Notes under the pieces: generated by a model
The model's database searches: none
Told to the model about the DNA's origin: nothing
The model's input: only the letters and a program-made list of their open reading frames with translations
Part shown: piece after piece, positions 51,944-64,000 of the stretch
Layout: each line of letters starts with the position of its first letter
Numbering within the stretch: position 1 is the first letter of the stretch
From: Catajapyx aquilonaris
Taxonomy: Eukaryota
DNA length: 64,000 nt
Assembly (NCBI GenBank): GCA_000934665.2
Contig: KZ538441.1
Span: forward strand, 1 to 64,000
Direction of reading: 5' to 3'
Program-made: the position numbers and the translations under genes

Positions 51944-52148
51944 TTCCAACAATCAATGGACACTTTAATATATGTATTTTTTTCGCAACAATTTCCAATA
52001 ACTGAATACCAATATAACCAATACACCTGGAATAATACCAATACACCTGGAATAATACCAATACACCTAGAACATCCTGTATATGTGAAAGTGTGAACGT
52101 GGCAACATTAAACATTTTATGTGTAGTTGATATGATGCCCAACCTCAT
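51944..52148 (+). repeat. Near-identical direct copy of 49963-50128
   Basis: Shared ~165 bp; this copy carries a triplicated 20-mer ACCAATACACCTGGAATAAT (52017-52072). Confidence 0.9.
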
Positions 52149-52206
52149 AATACCCCATGCATTATAAAATGGGACAGATTTTGGATGGGATGCCTCAACA
52201 AGCTAA

Positions 52207-52332
52207 CCTCCTGAGACCCCTGGTACAGTATACTGTACCTTTGCTTTTGTTTTTTTTTTTACGCGTTTGAGTTAGTCAGAAGGTGCTGGAAAAAACAAAG
52301 GTACAGTATACTGTGCCAGGGGTCTCAGGAGG
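52207..52332. mobile_element. Short MITE, piggyBac-like termini
   Basis: ~37-bp TIR CCTCCTGAGACCCCTGG(T/C)ACAGTATACTGTACCTTTG; flanks CTAA/ATAA (degenerate TTAA). Confidence 0.75.
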
Positions 52333-54399
52333 ATAATTTACATTTCATAGTAGATGTTATACATAAACCCTGAAGGTAGATTTCTGAACAATTTTAATAA
52401 ATTTGTTTGCGTACAGACACATCAGGTAATGAGCACACTCACATTGAATTTTACATATTTTGCGTATTATGTCAGTAGGCGTACTCAAAAATCTTTCGCA
52501 TTTTTGAAATTTTCATTTGCAATAATTTCGGATAAGGGATTCTCTCAAATTGTAGCGAAATTTTTACCGAGTTATTCATGTGCCAGTATTGGGCAAATTG
52601 ATAGAAAATGCTTCATAAGGTCACATAAAAGTTGCTTGTTAATAATTATTGCTGACCATTGATTACAAATCACGTATGTATATGGTCATTTACTCATTTT
52701 AGATGACCAGATCCTGGTCATCGCAAAGTGGGATAAATGCCGAATTTCCGTCAATGTATTAATGAACATTACAAACGCACGATGCCTAACTTCTAGATTC
52801 TAGAATATGGAATATTAATCTTACATGTCATAATTTCTCATTTACCTGTTATTTGTTTACCTTATTACGCCTTATTTTATATTTTAAATACAGACATGTG
52901 TTGTATTTCAGATCTACGTAGTCTCAATCGCATTTTTATGATTGACAATCCAGATTACCAACGATGCTCCACATTTTTCCATCCCAATTTTTAATTATAA
53001 TAAAGTTAAGATTTTCCGAGAGATTTTCATTCCTCCAAAATGGTCACTTCAGGACGTCCTTTACGACCCCAGCGGAGGCTCAGGATGCAACGGTATCCTG
53101 GGCTCACTACTATTTATACGCCATAATCTGCCATATTTTCACGCTGTGTCAGAATTTCAGAAAAGAGTGGACTCACAGTAGCCTGGAGAGTGAACCGTGA
53201 ATGTAATGCATTCCCTAGGATGAGCAAAGGTAGTGGCTTTAGTCGAGTCCAGCAAAATGGTTTCCACTAGAGTAGGCTCTTGTTGGCGACCACGACATTC
53301 ACTGGGAGTGGACGAGCCATAAAGTGGGGATAATTTATCACAACATGCGCGGCTGAAGCCTTTATGGAAGCCGCGGAAATGTATTGCGAGGCGCGGCAAG
53401 GCTTCTTCTGCTTGCTTGGTGCCTCCCAGACTAATGGATTGACTAACTCGCCCAAGGCGAGACTAAGACGCAGCCTTAAGAGGGTAGGACTCCCTCCAAT
53501 CTTGATTAATGCACCCAAGTCTTACAGGATTGGTTGTGGGAGGCAGGCTTTCAGGTGTCAAACTATGGCACAATGTGGCGTGAAAGACTATTCGACTCCC
53601 TGTCCTATGCAGACTGCCACCACATTTTTTTGGGAGTTCATTTCGAACATTTTTATGGATAGCACATTGCTTACGGTTCTAAAGGTATGGTGACATCAAT
53701 TATGTTGTGGCAGTGTGTTTTTTAATAGAAAACAATGGGTCGTTAGCGTGATCAGTGGGACTGGCAGTATATTCTAGTGTGGTATCTAGTGCCAGCATTA
53801 GCGTTATACAACTGAGGCAGGTAGACACTCATTTGGCTAGGCCGGCGATTTGGTACTATGCCATGACTCTAATGTTGCATTTAATGTGGCTGACATTTCT
53901 CGAAATTGCATGCCCTCGCTTCCCCTGACGTACAATTTTTGAATGTCAAATGTTGTTTGGAGATAATGCTCTGGTTTTCCCAAATGAGTCCAGAATCCAG
54001 CGGGGCGCGAACTGTATGAAACACCCCGGATACTGTTTCACACTTTTCAAAAAAAAAAAAAAAAAATTGTGGTATCAATAATTGTGCCAACCGCTAACTA
54101 TAAAAAAGCTAAGGTGAAAAAAACTAGGCGTTTATCCCCCAACTCAGTCTGGGCAAGCGATTGAGAGTTTTTTAATCTCTTTTTGGGCACCATTGATCTC
54201 TTCCCAACCCCCCTCAGGATTGCAATTCCCTTCTAGCTAGATCCTTTGGTAGAGTCCCAAAAGAGTCCGGGTTTTCTCAAGTGGGAAGAATGGTTTAATC
54301 AGTCTTTCGCCTAGGGAATTTGGATCAGATGTCAGGGTACCCAACAGGATATACCAAGACAAGGCGAACTGATTTCGTTTTCGATTTTTTTTTTTTTTT

Positions 54400-54478
54400 N
54401 NNNNNNNNNNNNNNNNNNNNNNNNNNNNNNNNNNNNNNNNNNNNNNNNNNNNNNNNNNNNNNNNNNNNNNNNNNNNNN
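54400..54478. other. Assembly gap
   Basis: Run of N between poly-T and poly-G. Confidence 0.99.
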
Positions 54479-56515
54479 GGGGGGGGGGGGGGGGGGTTGC
54501 AACTTTTGGGACGATTTAGTGGAGAAGAGAATTCCCTTACATCCTGTAAAAAGTGAGAGCTATCAAAAAATTTGAGCTAGGAAAAAAACATTTCGGTTGA
54601 AATTTGCCATCCGGTGCAAGTTTTCCAGATATCAGTTGGGAGAGACTTTTAATTAACCACATCAATTATCATGCGGTAATAAATGTCAGGACTCGCTCTA
54701 TCAAAAAAAAAAAAAGTGTGCCAAAAGAGGTGGGAATTCAGGCCCAAAACGCTGCCAGAACTTGGCCTTTTTGTTACAGCAGGTGGCCGCCCCATAATTA
54801 CCTCTAATGGGCAAAAGTGTCAATATTCCAGTTATTGTCGATGTGTATGCACGGCATTATTTTTAGCACCCATGTCGGTCATTATGCAAAGCGAAATATC
54901 TAGTGGTTCCACTGCTAAAAAGCAAATTCAGGTAGGGGATGTCAGGCAGACCAGTTGTAAATCGACCTTTTTTTTTTTTGCTGGTCTCTGGTATCGATAC
55001 GGTCCAGCAATCTATGCGGTCTTTCGATCCTTTCCGCCGAACAACACCGCTGAATCAGTTGTGGCTTGGAAGACACTTGCACACGTTGCACTGTATAGGT
55101 CTGGACTGCTGGGTATAGCAGAAGATAAGAGTTGAAGACAAGCAAGTCAGCACTTGGAACCAGCGAAGACACTCAGATAAGAAATGAAATAATGTGCGGC
55201 AAAGCCAGTTATTTTTTTGTGTGTATAAAAGTGACGCACCAGTGCCGTAGTAGCCTGTGCGCTATATTCAACTAAGATGAAACAGGAATTGTTCTGACTT
55301 TGCTGAATCTGGAACACCTTGCATGCCGGTGTGGTAATTAGGAGTTGGGTAGGAATCCAAGCCTAGTGCAGTGCAAAGTTTGTGAAAGCCGGCGGCAGAC
55401 AGGAAAGGCAGGCATGTCACCAAATGAGATGGTGTCCTGACACAGGAGACAAGCGGGAGACAACTCGACAGGCCCGGAAGAGAATAGAGGTTCTGTATAG
55501 TGCAAGCTGACCGTCATGGTTGGACAATGCGGTTTGCGTAATCATCCGGTTTCTTACTAGGTCGGTGTGTGAGTAAAGTAGGTAACAGACAGTTGTAGGT
55601 GTTTGGCAAGAAGAAATTGGGAGGAAAGCATCCCTGACGCTGCATCCCATTTGGTTTGGCTGAAAGAAGAAAAGAGAGGAGGGGTGCACGGCATTAGACA
55701 AATCCAATTTGTATCGACTTTACCTGAAGCCCAAACGTCGTCTTGAAATTCTCGGTAAGAAGAACCGCGGGCTCGATATTTCAGACCACGTCCAATTCCT
55801 GCCGCCTTCGTAGCTACTGATCACAATGACAAACTAGTATAGTCATTGGAAATTCCTTCCACGAAATGTCACATGAAGCAGCCGGTCTCAGAGGAAGCTT
55901 GTGTATGTAATAAATCCGATAACACAACTCCAGCTGTTGTCTCTGCATACAGTAGGCAATCACGTTTTTATTTCACTAACGTATTGCAATAATGTAAATT
56001 TCCAAAACATCTGACGTTTGGCCATAAAACCTACGAGGTTTGAAAGCGAATATGCTTCGAGTATTGATGGTGCAATAATGCTATGTAGGCGTGTTTTGTT
56101 CTGATTTAATACTGTCCATAAGAAGGAATATTTTTAAAAACTGTTTATAACACGTTATTGATGATAAAATTATTCATCTTTTTAGGTTTCGGGTAATGAA
56201 GCCTATACATTGCGCTTCCCTTTCAAAATAAAACCGCACTAATCGGGAAAATTTCAACCTTCAATTACAGCAGGCTGTCTGGTGGAATGCACCAGCAATG
56301 ATTTTTCCACCTCATTAGGCGGTTTTTAGGGGGGGGGGGGTGGTCAGTTGCGCAATCCAATGTTGGTGTAGCAACCTTGCGTTGACACTTGCAAATTACG
56401 CGATTGGAGTCACTTCGTTTCAAACCATTACGAGGTTAAGCTTCATTTTTGTTGAATTGGCGGATGGAGCCTTTCTATAGGTATATAGACATCCGATTTG
56501 TCATGGCTACTTGTG

Positions 56516-56562
56516 ACAGTGTACAGAAGTTAATGACACTGTCATTAACTTCTGTACACTGT
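56516..56562. repeat. Perfect palindrome (23-bp arms, 1-nt spacer)
   Basis: ACAGTGTACAGAAGTTAATGACA-C-TGTCATTAACTTCTGTACACTGT. Confidence 0.95.
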
Positions 56563-57854
56563 TATACCTTGATATGTATTTTGTCTTTTTGGTACATTGT
56601 CAGATAAATCCACGACAAATAGCAGGCCTACATTGGGATTTTTAAAAACTGTAGTTTAAATCTACGTTTCCATGCGATACATTCCTTTCAAGCTGGATTA
56701 AGCGGCCGACCTATGCATTAAGGAAGGGAAATTAAATTAGAATTGTGCAGCATATATTACGATCCCCTTTATTTCGCAGAGCATGATATAACGTGCCTTT
56801 TAGACGATCAACCAATTTAAGCAAAGTTAGATATAGACACTTTCACTAGTTAAACGTTGCTTAAACTGAGATGATTGTAGAAAGGAACTTTCCCCCCTCT
56901 GAGAGATATGGCTGACAATAATTCGTCTACGTGTATGGGTGACAGCATTGAAAAATGGAACGAGCATGAAAATATGCAATAAGGGTGTCAAAAATTGGTG
57001 TCGCGTACTAGACACGAAGGTCGAAATATTTTACGTACTTGGATATGTGACGGCGCGGAAAGCGACAGGTGGATTAAAATATGTAGAAGTCGTGTCCAAA
57101 CGGGGATAAACGCGTGAAGAGCTTAATAATTAAACTTTACATATATATATCTTCACTAAAATTAAACACAAAACTATCCGGTCAGATAATGTTATGCACT
57201 AATAACGTCATTCATAATATGAAAATTAGTGTATGTTTTGTATATTTACATAATGCACGATGATGATTTTCAAACAGTAAAATAGTGTTCGTGAGGCGCA
57301 TAATACATTATTTACTCAAATTAATGTTTTGTGCTCAATTTACAAAGCTTCTTGGTCTGCTTTTGCCACACTTTAAATATTGCACATGCATAGTTTAATG
57401 CATTTTCAGAGTCTAGTGTGTAGCCGTTATGAAACTGGAATAATACAAACATGTTGATTTACGGAAGGTATAACAACATCCTCTTTTAACTGGCACATAC
57501 GGATCAGTAGCTATACTATACACGTTGTTTGGCCAAGAGTCGGTCATATATATCGTATATCATGCCATTTTTGTACCCGGAGGTCGCCATTCCGGGATTT
57601 CTCTTGTGACCACATCCATCCTTACATTATGCATTTGTAGACATTTGGCATAATCGCCGACAGTATCGGTAACGTCATTCCCTACTCCTTTTTAGCTGCC
57701 GAATTAGTGTTTTGAGACAACGACCTCAGTCACCCGATGTCCTATTTCCATTGTTTTCTCCGGCCTGCACCACAACAACGTATCAGTGATATAAAAAATA
57801 CAAATTAGAAAGTCCCAAAAAACTGAAAAACAAATTATGACAACACCCCCTTAA

Positions 57855-58082
57855 TTACGCGCGGCTTTTATATTTCGATCCGGTTACAGAAAGAATTATC
57901 CAACAAAATATTTTACACACTGTATTGCAATTCTTGTCGAACATGTTGAAGCCAACATTTTCGACTATGGTTTTGAAGTCGCGCAGGCCATCAAGCAAAC
58001 GATATGCTAAAACTTCCCTCTTTTTCATAATTTCGTCTCTAAAAGCGTTGTTCTCCCCGACGACGACAGAATGCGAACACAC
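57855..58082 (-). mobile_element. Possible hAT transposase relic
   Basis: LLDGLRDFKTIVENVGF resembles the hAT DLRPFSIVExxGF motif. Confidence 0.3.
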
Positions 58083-58273
58083 AGTCGACCAACTGTTGCC
58101 AACGTGAGGCCATCCATCACATCTGGTTGTAATGAACTGTCAGCTCAAAAATTGTATTAGCAGTACACACACTTTTTCTGAGCCTTGATAATGAAGAAGA
58201 CACTCCCTTAAAACCACGTCTTATTTCTCACAGCTTATTAACTTAGTTAAAATTTTCGTCACCGTTTGGGTTA

Positions 58274-58331
58274 CATGCACGGACATGAATAGACTTGCAC
58301 GGACATGCACGGACATGCACAGACATGCACA
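58274..58331. repeat. 10-bp minisatellite (CATGCACGGA)n
   Basis: About 5-6 imperfect units. Confidence 0.8.
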
Positions 58332-61300
58332 TCAGATAAGCAAAAGCGACATCTGATAATCGCACAGTATTTTAGACGTGTCTATGAAGAAATATGTATA
58401 ATGTGCATCAATCGGCCTGCCCTTTTCCATTTGTTTGCGCTCTTCGCGGCCTCATAAATATTGATGGCGGCACCAGAGCGACCGACTGCCGCTCTTTTGT
58501 TTCAGCGGAAGGTGGTGCCAGAGTTAATTACTCAGATGCAGATCCTAAGGAAGGCAGGCCCTCTCCTGTCCGAGTCCCGGGGCAACGATTAATATTTTCC
58601 AACACTGTATGAATGCAGACCTGTCAGCGCAGGCCAGTTGCATGTTTACCCCCGGCGAGTTAACAGGCAATTTGGATTCAACACAAACACCACAAAACAG
58701 CATGGGTAATAACCGGGGCACACAAAAGGATCAGGATTAATATTTAATCCTCGGGATGGCTTTTGGGTATTATTTGCTCTCAGTGAATAATTGAATAATT
58801 AAAAAAAACCGTGTAATAAACCTTTTGCTGTCAGAACCCTATCGTTAATCTACAAAGCTGTTGTCATCGATGCAACACCCAGTAGCTGAAAAAAATTATT
58901 GCTGATCGTGTCTTGGGGGAGGCATAGTGGACCTTGGGAGGAATTTGAAGCGCAAATAGGTCTCCCAGCTGGCAAACAAACCCTCTTCTTTGGCTGCTAT
59001 TCGGAGCCTTCCACGAGTGGCAATTAGGTAGAGCAGGAGAGGACTCTCAATAACAAAAATGTCCCTGTCCAAGAAGCAGTACTCGAGTCGTCCTTTCATG
59101 AATAAGCAATGTGCAAGCCGCGCTCCAACTCTGCCAGGCAAAAAAAAAAGACAAAAAAAAGGGGGGGGGGGGGTGGGNCATAGCCATTTTTGAAGTAGGG
59201 CTGGAGATAAAAGAGTGACCTGGAATAAATATTTCAGGGGGAGGGGGGGGGGGAGTCCAGGCTCGTGTTTCTCATTTGAAATGTGCTGGACGCTGCTTCC
59301 GTCATGGGCAGACGAGCAGGCCTTGAGTGGCCAACATTTGTGCCAGACTCAAAGGAATTTATTTCCGGCTCAATTCCAACATAGATGCACTCGGGTTGTG
59401 ATTGTTTATTTCAGCAAAAACAAGAACTCTGGTAGGGGGGTATACTTGGCAAGTCCGAAATTCTGAAGAGTCCTTTGAATTTGTGAAACCAGTGTGGGGT
59501 AGGTGCAAGCTGTGCAGTTTCTGTATAAGTTTCTCGGCACGTCAGTGCCGACAAAAAGATTTGTCTCGTTCTTACTCCCATGCGTTTTCTTAGCGAAAAC
59601 TTCCCACGGACGAGAGAAGCCAGAGGAGAAAACGACTCTTACTGTAGGGGAGGACTAAAGTGTAAAGTTTCTTTCACATTCTTCTTCAGAGAAGGAAAAA
59701 CAACCGGGGGNTGTGGGGTTTGTGGGGGGGGGCTTGCTCTCAGGGATTGGGTGTTTGGTTTTTGATTGGAATTTTCCAGAGAGTTGAGCTAAAACTTTTG
59801 ACAGACTCTTTAACCACTCTGGCCTTGGCGTTTTGAGGCAGTTTTTGAACAACCACGTTATGAGGACGTAAAAAAACATATGTGCTACTTGACAGCTTGT
59901 AAAAAAAAAACAACTTAAAACCGCCAACAGTATTAGTTGGCCTCTGGGGTCGAATATGCCATAGTCACACGGTTTCAAAGCGGTGGGTGTAAAGAGAGTT
60001 AACAGTCTTTTCGCATAAAGAGATGCAGACCTGAGGATTAAACTGGAGACAGTTAAGGGATTTTCCCACGGCCTGAAACTTACAAGCAGCTTAAGGCGGG
60101 GCAGGCAACAAACTCCTGGCCCTTGGGTGGAAAAGGAAACTTCCACTTGCTTTAAAGAGAAAGAAAAAAAAAAGTTAGGATGGTATTGAAGCGGTATTAA
60201 TAGCCTTCATAATCATTAGGACGGAAAAGTCAACTTTCTAACGGCAGAAATTTAATATCTTTGGAAGGGTGGTAAGGGAAGTTGGCCGAAAAGTATTTCA
60301 AATAGCTTCTATCCTACGATGGCGTCTGGGCTCCCATCAGCTCCTCTCAGCCCCATTTTTCTTCTCGCAAGTTTTGCAAAGGCCGCAGATATCTCCCCAG
60401 AGTCGGCTACGCTCCAGACCAATTCCCGCTCATAAATCTAGCTCGTAAACATTTTTGCTCCTCCGGGGGATGGTTAATTATTGACCCGGTGAACCATGGA
60501 GCAAAGTGCCGCCGATTACGGTACATCGGCTGGATAAAAATCACTTTTTAGGTCCAGTTTTCTGCTACTTTGTTTTTTTTGTTCAACTCACATTAAGAGA
60601 TCAAGGGATTGTGGACAATCAAGTTCAGATTGTGATTAACTGGCTGACTTGGCAAGTTATTTTTCACGTACTGCTACCAGAGCCTGGTTGTGAGATGTAG
60701 GATAAATATAGACGTAAATTACGGTATTTCAAAATGCAACTTTGACAAACCGGCTTCAACTTTTGACCTCCAAGAATCTACTGCATAAAAGACCGTATTT
60801 GTAGTATGCGGTTGAAATACGTGACCAAGCAGAGGATAGGCGCCTTTCTTCTTGATGACTGAGGGCAGTGAAGGGGAAGGAAACCAAATGCAATTCTATG
60901 CAGGTTGCTAGCCAACAATGCGAATTAGGACAATTCAGCAAATTACAGTGTGCAAGTGGCTAATAGGCTTGGAAATGAGGTAGGGAGGAAGTCCAAATGA
61001 GATCGGACAGGTGCTGCCTTGATGGCGAATGCATAGTGGCTTCTGTTGTATGCCCTGACATTTGCACTAATGGCTCTATTAATATCGTCATTTGGTGCCG
61101 TGTAGTTTGGTAACGCGGTTCATTATGGACAGGGTCAGTTCAGCTTTTTTGAACTGGCCGCGTTTCATTATGTCAGTCGGTAAGCGTTAGCGTTGCTAAT
61201 GTCAGGATATCAGTAAATCATGTCGTTTTCTAAAGTGCCATTTTTTGAAAACTTGGATTATTTATGTTAAGTTATAAGGTGTAAATTAACCGTTGCATTA

Positions 61301-64000
61301 ATGTTGCATCCTGTTCGCATCTACTGTAGAAGGGTGCATTTGTAGCCTGATATTCTGAATATGTGCCTTATTTTTTGAAAATTTGAATTTGAAATTGTTG
61401 TGATAAAAATGAGGGCTGACATCATCATCATGAACCTTTCATTGAGTGTAATAGAAGCAATGAGTTACGTTTATCAATTGTAACTCATTTTCACACAAAC
61501 TTTATTTATTATGTTTAGTTAGTCTACAGCTATCAAAGCAACTGTGCGGGTGGCTGCTGGATTCATGCTGTGTTTATTTACAGAGAACACGCAGCCAGCT
61601 ACACGTATTAATAATTCAATATAAATACCTGTTTGGTCTACTGATGTACTAACAACAAGAACATTTTCCTTTGTTGAGATAGAGCATCCAAAAAAAAAAA
61701 CATCCTGGAAAAACTGGATATGGTCCGGAAGCTCCACTCCAGGCTGTTTTGAAATATAAACGTCGCATCCACCTTTCATGACTGGCTTCCCAAGCCAAGC
61801 ACACTGAGGATTGATTCCACTGGCAGCCTCTTTTAGAGTCAGCCACAAATTTCTCGGCGGGGTAAACATGAAAAGAAAATGACCGCGTGGTTATAGAAGT
61901 AGCTGCACCAATCAGCTCCAGACCAGAGTCAGTTTCACTAAATAAATAGGCCCTCTACGTCATTTTTGGCCAAAAAGCCTGGTGCATATAGCTCCAGCAG
62001 AATATTTTCCCAAACCCTACTTCTCCTACATTCGAGGCATATAATTTTGCTGCACCGGACGTAAAATAGTTCCGGCCACTAGTCCAGCGTATAATGCATG
62101 AATCCCAGCCGCGTACATGCACGACAAACTGTTTCATTCCTACCCTAGGCTCTCATTTATCACCGGGGCCGCTGCGGAGAGGGTTGGTGGTTCTCTACCA
62201 GCTATACCAACACGTTTCACGTCAACTGAATTGCAACCGAACACATTGGAAATAAAACCAGGCCGGCGGACACAAACGTGCTGGGTGGATAGAACTGGGG
62301 GAGTGGGAGGAGTTTTTCGCCTTTTGACATTTTATGTTGCCGGTCATTGTTTTGCATCCCCCCCAACTCTCTTTTGTGCGGTCAACTACATTGACAATGC
62401 ATGAGGAAGTCCGGTCTAATACCCGCTTCACTAACCTAAAACACGGTCCAAGAAATTCCGGATGCTGCCAATTTTTGACACCCCCTATATTTCTAAGAAC
62501 TATAGAAACTATCGTAATTACATGAGCTTCAGTTTCCATTGTGCACTGTCGTTACGCACATCACCGCCGGTTTGGTACGAGCTCCTCAAAACCCGCAGAC
62601 AAAGATTTTCCAAGAAATTTCCTCCCCCTGCAATTACCTAGCTCGCTTTTAATGCGCCATAAACTCTCCCTGGAAATTGGCCATGAAAGAAACTTTATAT
62701 TATAATTCCCGGATACTACGCAACTGGTAGCAATTTTCATTTCCTCCCTCATGTAATTTGTGGCTTGCGGTCAACACATTTGATAGCCCTATCTGCCAAT
62801 CTTGTTGTTTTTTTTGTCTCATCCTATATCCTCCTGAGGCAGTATACAGCTCGGTACCCTCATTTTTCTTAAGAGCATTCAAAGTCATTCTGGCGTGCCA
62901 AATTCGATTTGAGTGGGGTACCGAAAAAGGGATTCTTGCGGTGAGCCTGGAGCTTGAGCCCAAGTGCTGCGTTTCAAATCAGGTATAGAAAGACTGGGGG
63001 GTATGGTGGAGGTGGCAGCCAAGCAGGAGTGGGAAAGGTGGCCTGATATTTACGTAGAGTTAAGGCGAGGCGGATTTGCATGGAGAGGAGTAGGGGCTTG
63101 GCGCGTGTGAGAAGACCACATAAAACGTTGGCGGTTTTGCTAGCGGGGGCTTCGTGATTCGACTGGAGAAACGCCTGGAAAACAACGGAGGAGAAAAAGT
63201 TATGGCAAGAACCCCCAACTGTGTTAGTATTTCAGATGGCTATGACCTTTAGCTAATCACACAGGGTTTTAATAGCTATTTACCTGCGTAGTTCATACTT
63301 GGTAATTGGATAGAGACCTGAGGACCTAGTGTGTACGGATGGAGAGGCACGTAGCTGTTATCACTGTTTAATTTCCGCTCAATAATTACTCTTTTCGATC
63401 AGGCAGAGGGGTTTCCCCTGTGTGGTCCAGAGTCCCAAGTGTGGGTGGTTGGTTGGGGGGGATGTCCTCTTTCGCCATACCTCAACATTTCCATTCCTTG
63501 CCTGGTTTGGTCGGCTTGCGCTCTCTCCATTTCCACAGATTGAAATCTGGCCCTCCCCAACTTTCGTCAGATCCAATTTGCCCCGCCACTGTGCTCAGAA
63601 TTTAAGAATCCGCCACCCAACTTGTAATTAAATAAACCTCCGCAGAAGTTCTCGCATGAATTTTATTTTCCGATTTGTCCCTGAAAAGAATTTTTAAGAG
63701 TCGCTTCCAACAGTTAAAAAAAAATGGGAGCATTTAACGCGTTTTTTCATTCTTTGAATGGGGCCTAAGAAGAACCCCAGGTGCAATGTGCCTTGAGTGT
63801 ATGAAAGGAAGGGGAATTTGCTCTCTTTACATGAGCAAAGTCCAGAGGGAGCTGAGGCTTTTGAGACAGAATGCGCCAGGAGTCTCGCAACTCTTGGCTC
63901 GATTCCTAGCTTTTGGCCCCAAGGATTCCGCAGTGCAGGATGGGGATCTCCCTTTCTGATTACCTCTCTTGCTTACGGTTTCTAGCTGCAGATGTACGTA

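Noticed and set aside
52017..52072. CRISPR-like repeats
   Set aside because: Head-to-tail tandem repeat without spacers, no cas genes, eukaryotic context.
29553..63985. Numerous 60-160-aa ORFs
   Set aside because: Mostly non-ATG starts, random-looking composition, no domains or coherent exon chains.

Overview
Eukaryotic genomic DNA, most likely an arthropod; the SINE body motif and CpG pattern suggest an insect with gene-body methylation (inference). Only one intact protein-coding gene is supported: the ESCRT-III subunit CHMP6/Vps20 (6041-6664, +), with its CDS in a single exon. Two convergent, frameshifted ankyrin-repeat pseudogenes lie at about 16.6-19.0 kb (+) and 20.7-21.3 kb (-, with possible upstream exons at 25.8-26.6 kb). 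The first ~29 kb is densely packed with often nested transposon debris: two Sola2-like transposase relics, Tc1/mariner-, pogo-, hAT- and Harbinger-type MITEs, an RTE LINE 3' end, a Helitron-like element, and about nine tRNA-derived SINE copies with swapped 3' tails. The remaining ~35 kb is essentially non-coding and richer in CpG. I found no convincing novel multi-gene system. The most interesting signals are the modular SINE tails, an unclassified structured retroposon at 8.4-9.0 kb, and the decayed symmetric-exon ankyrin cluster. All family assignments are from motif recall and manual alignment; no searches were run.
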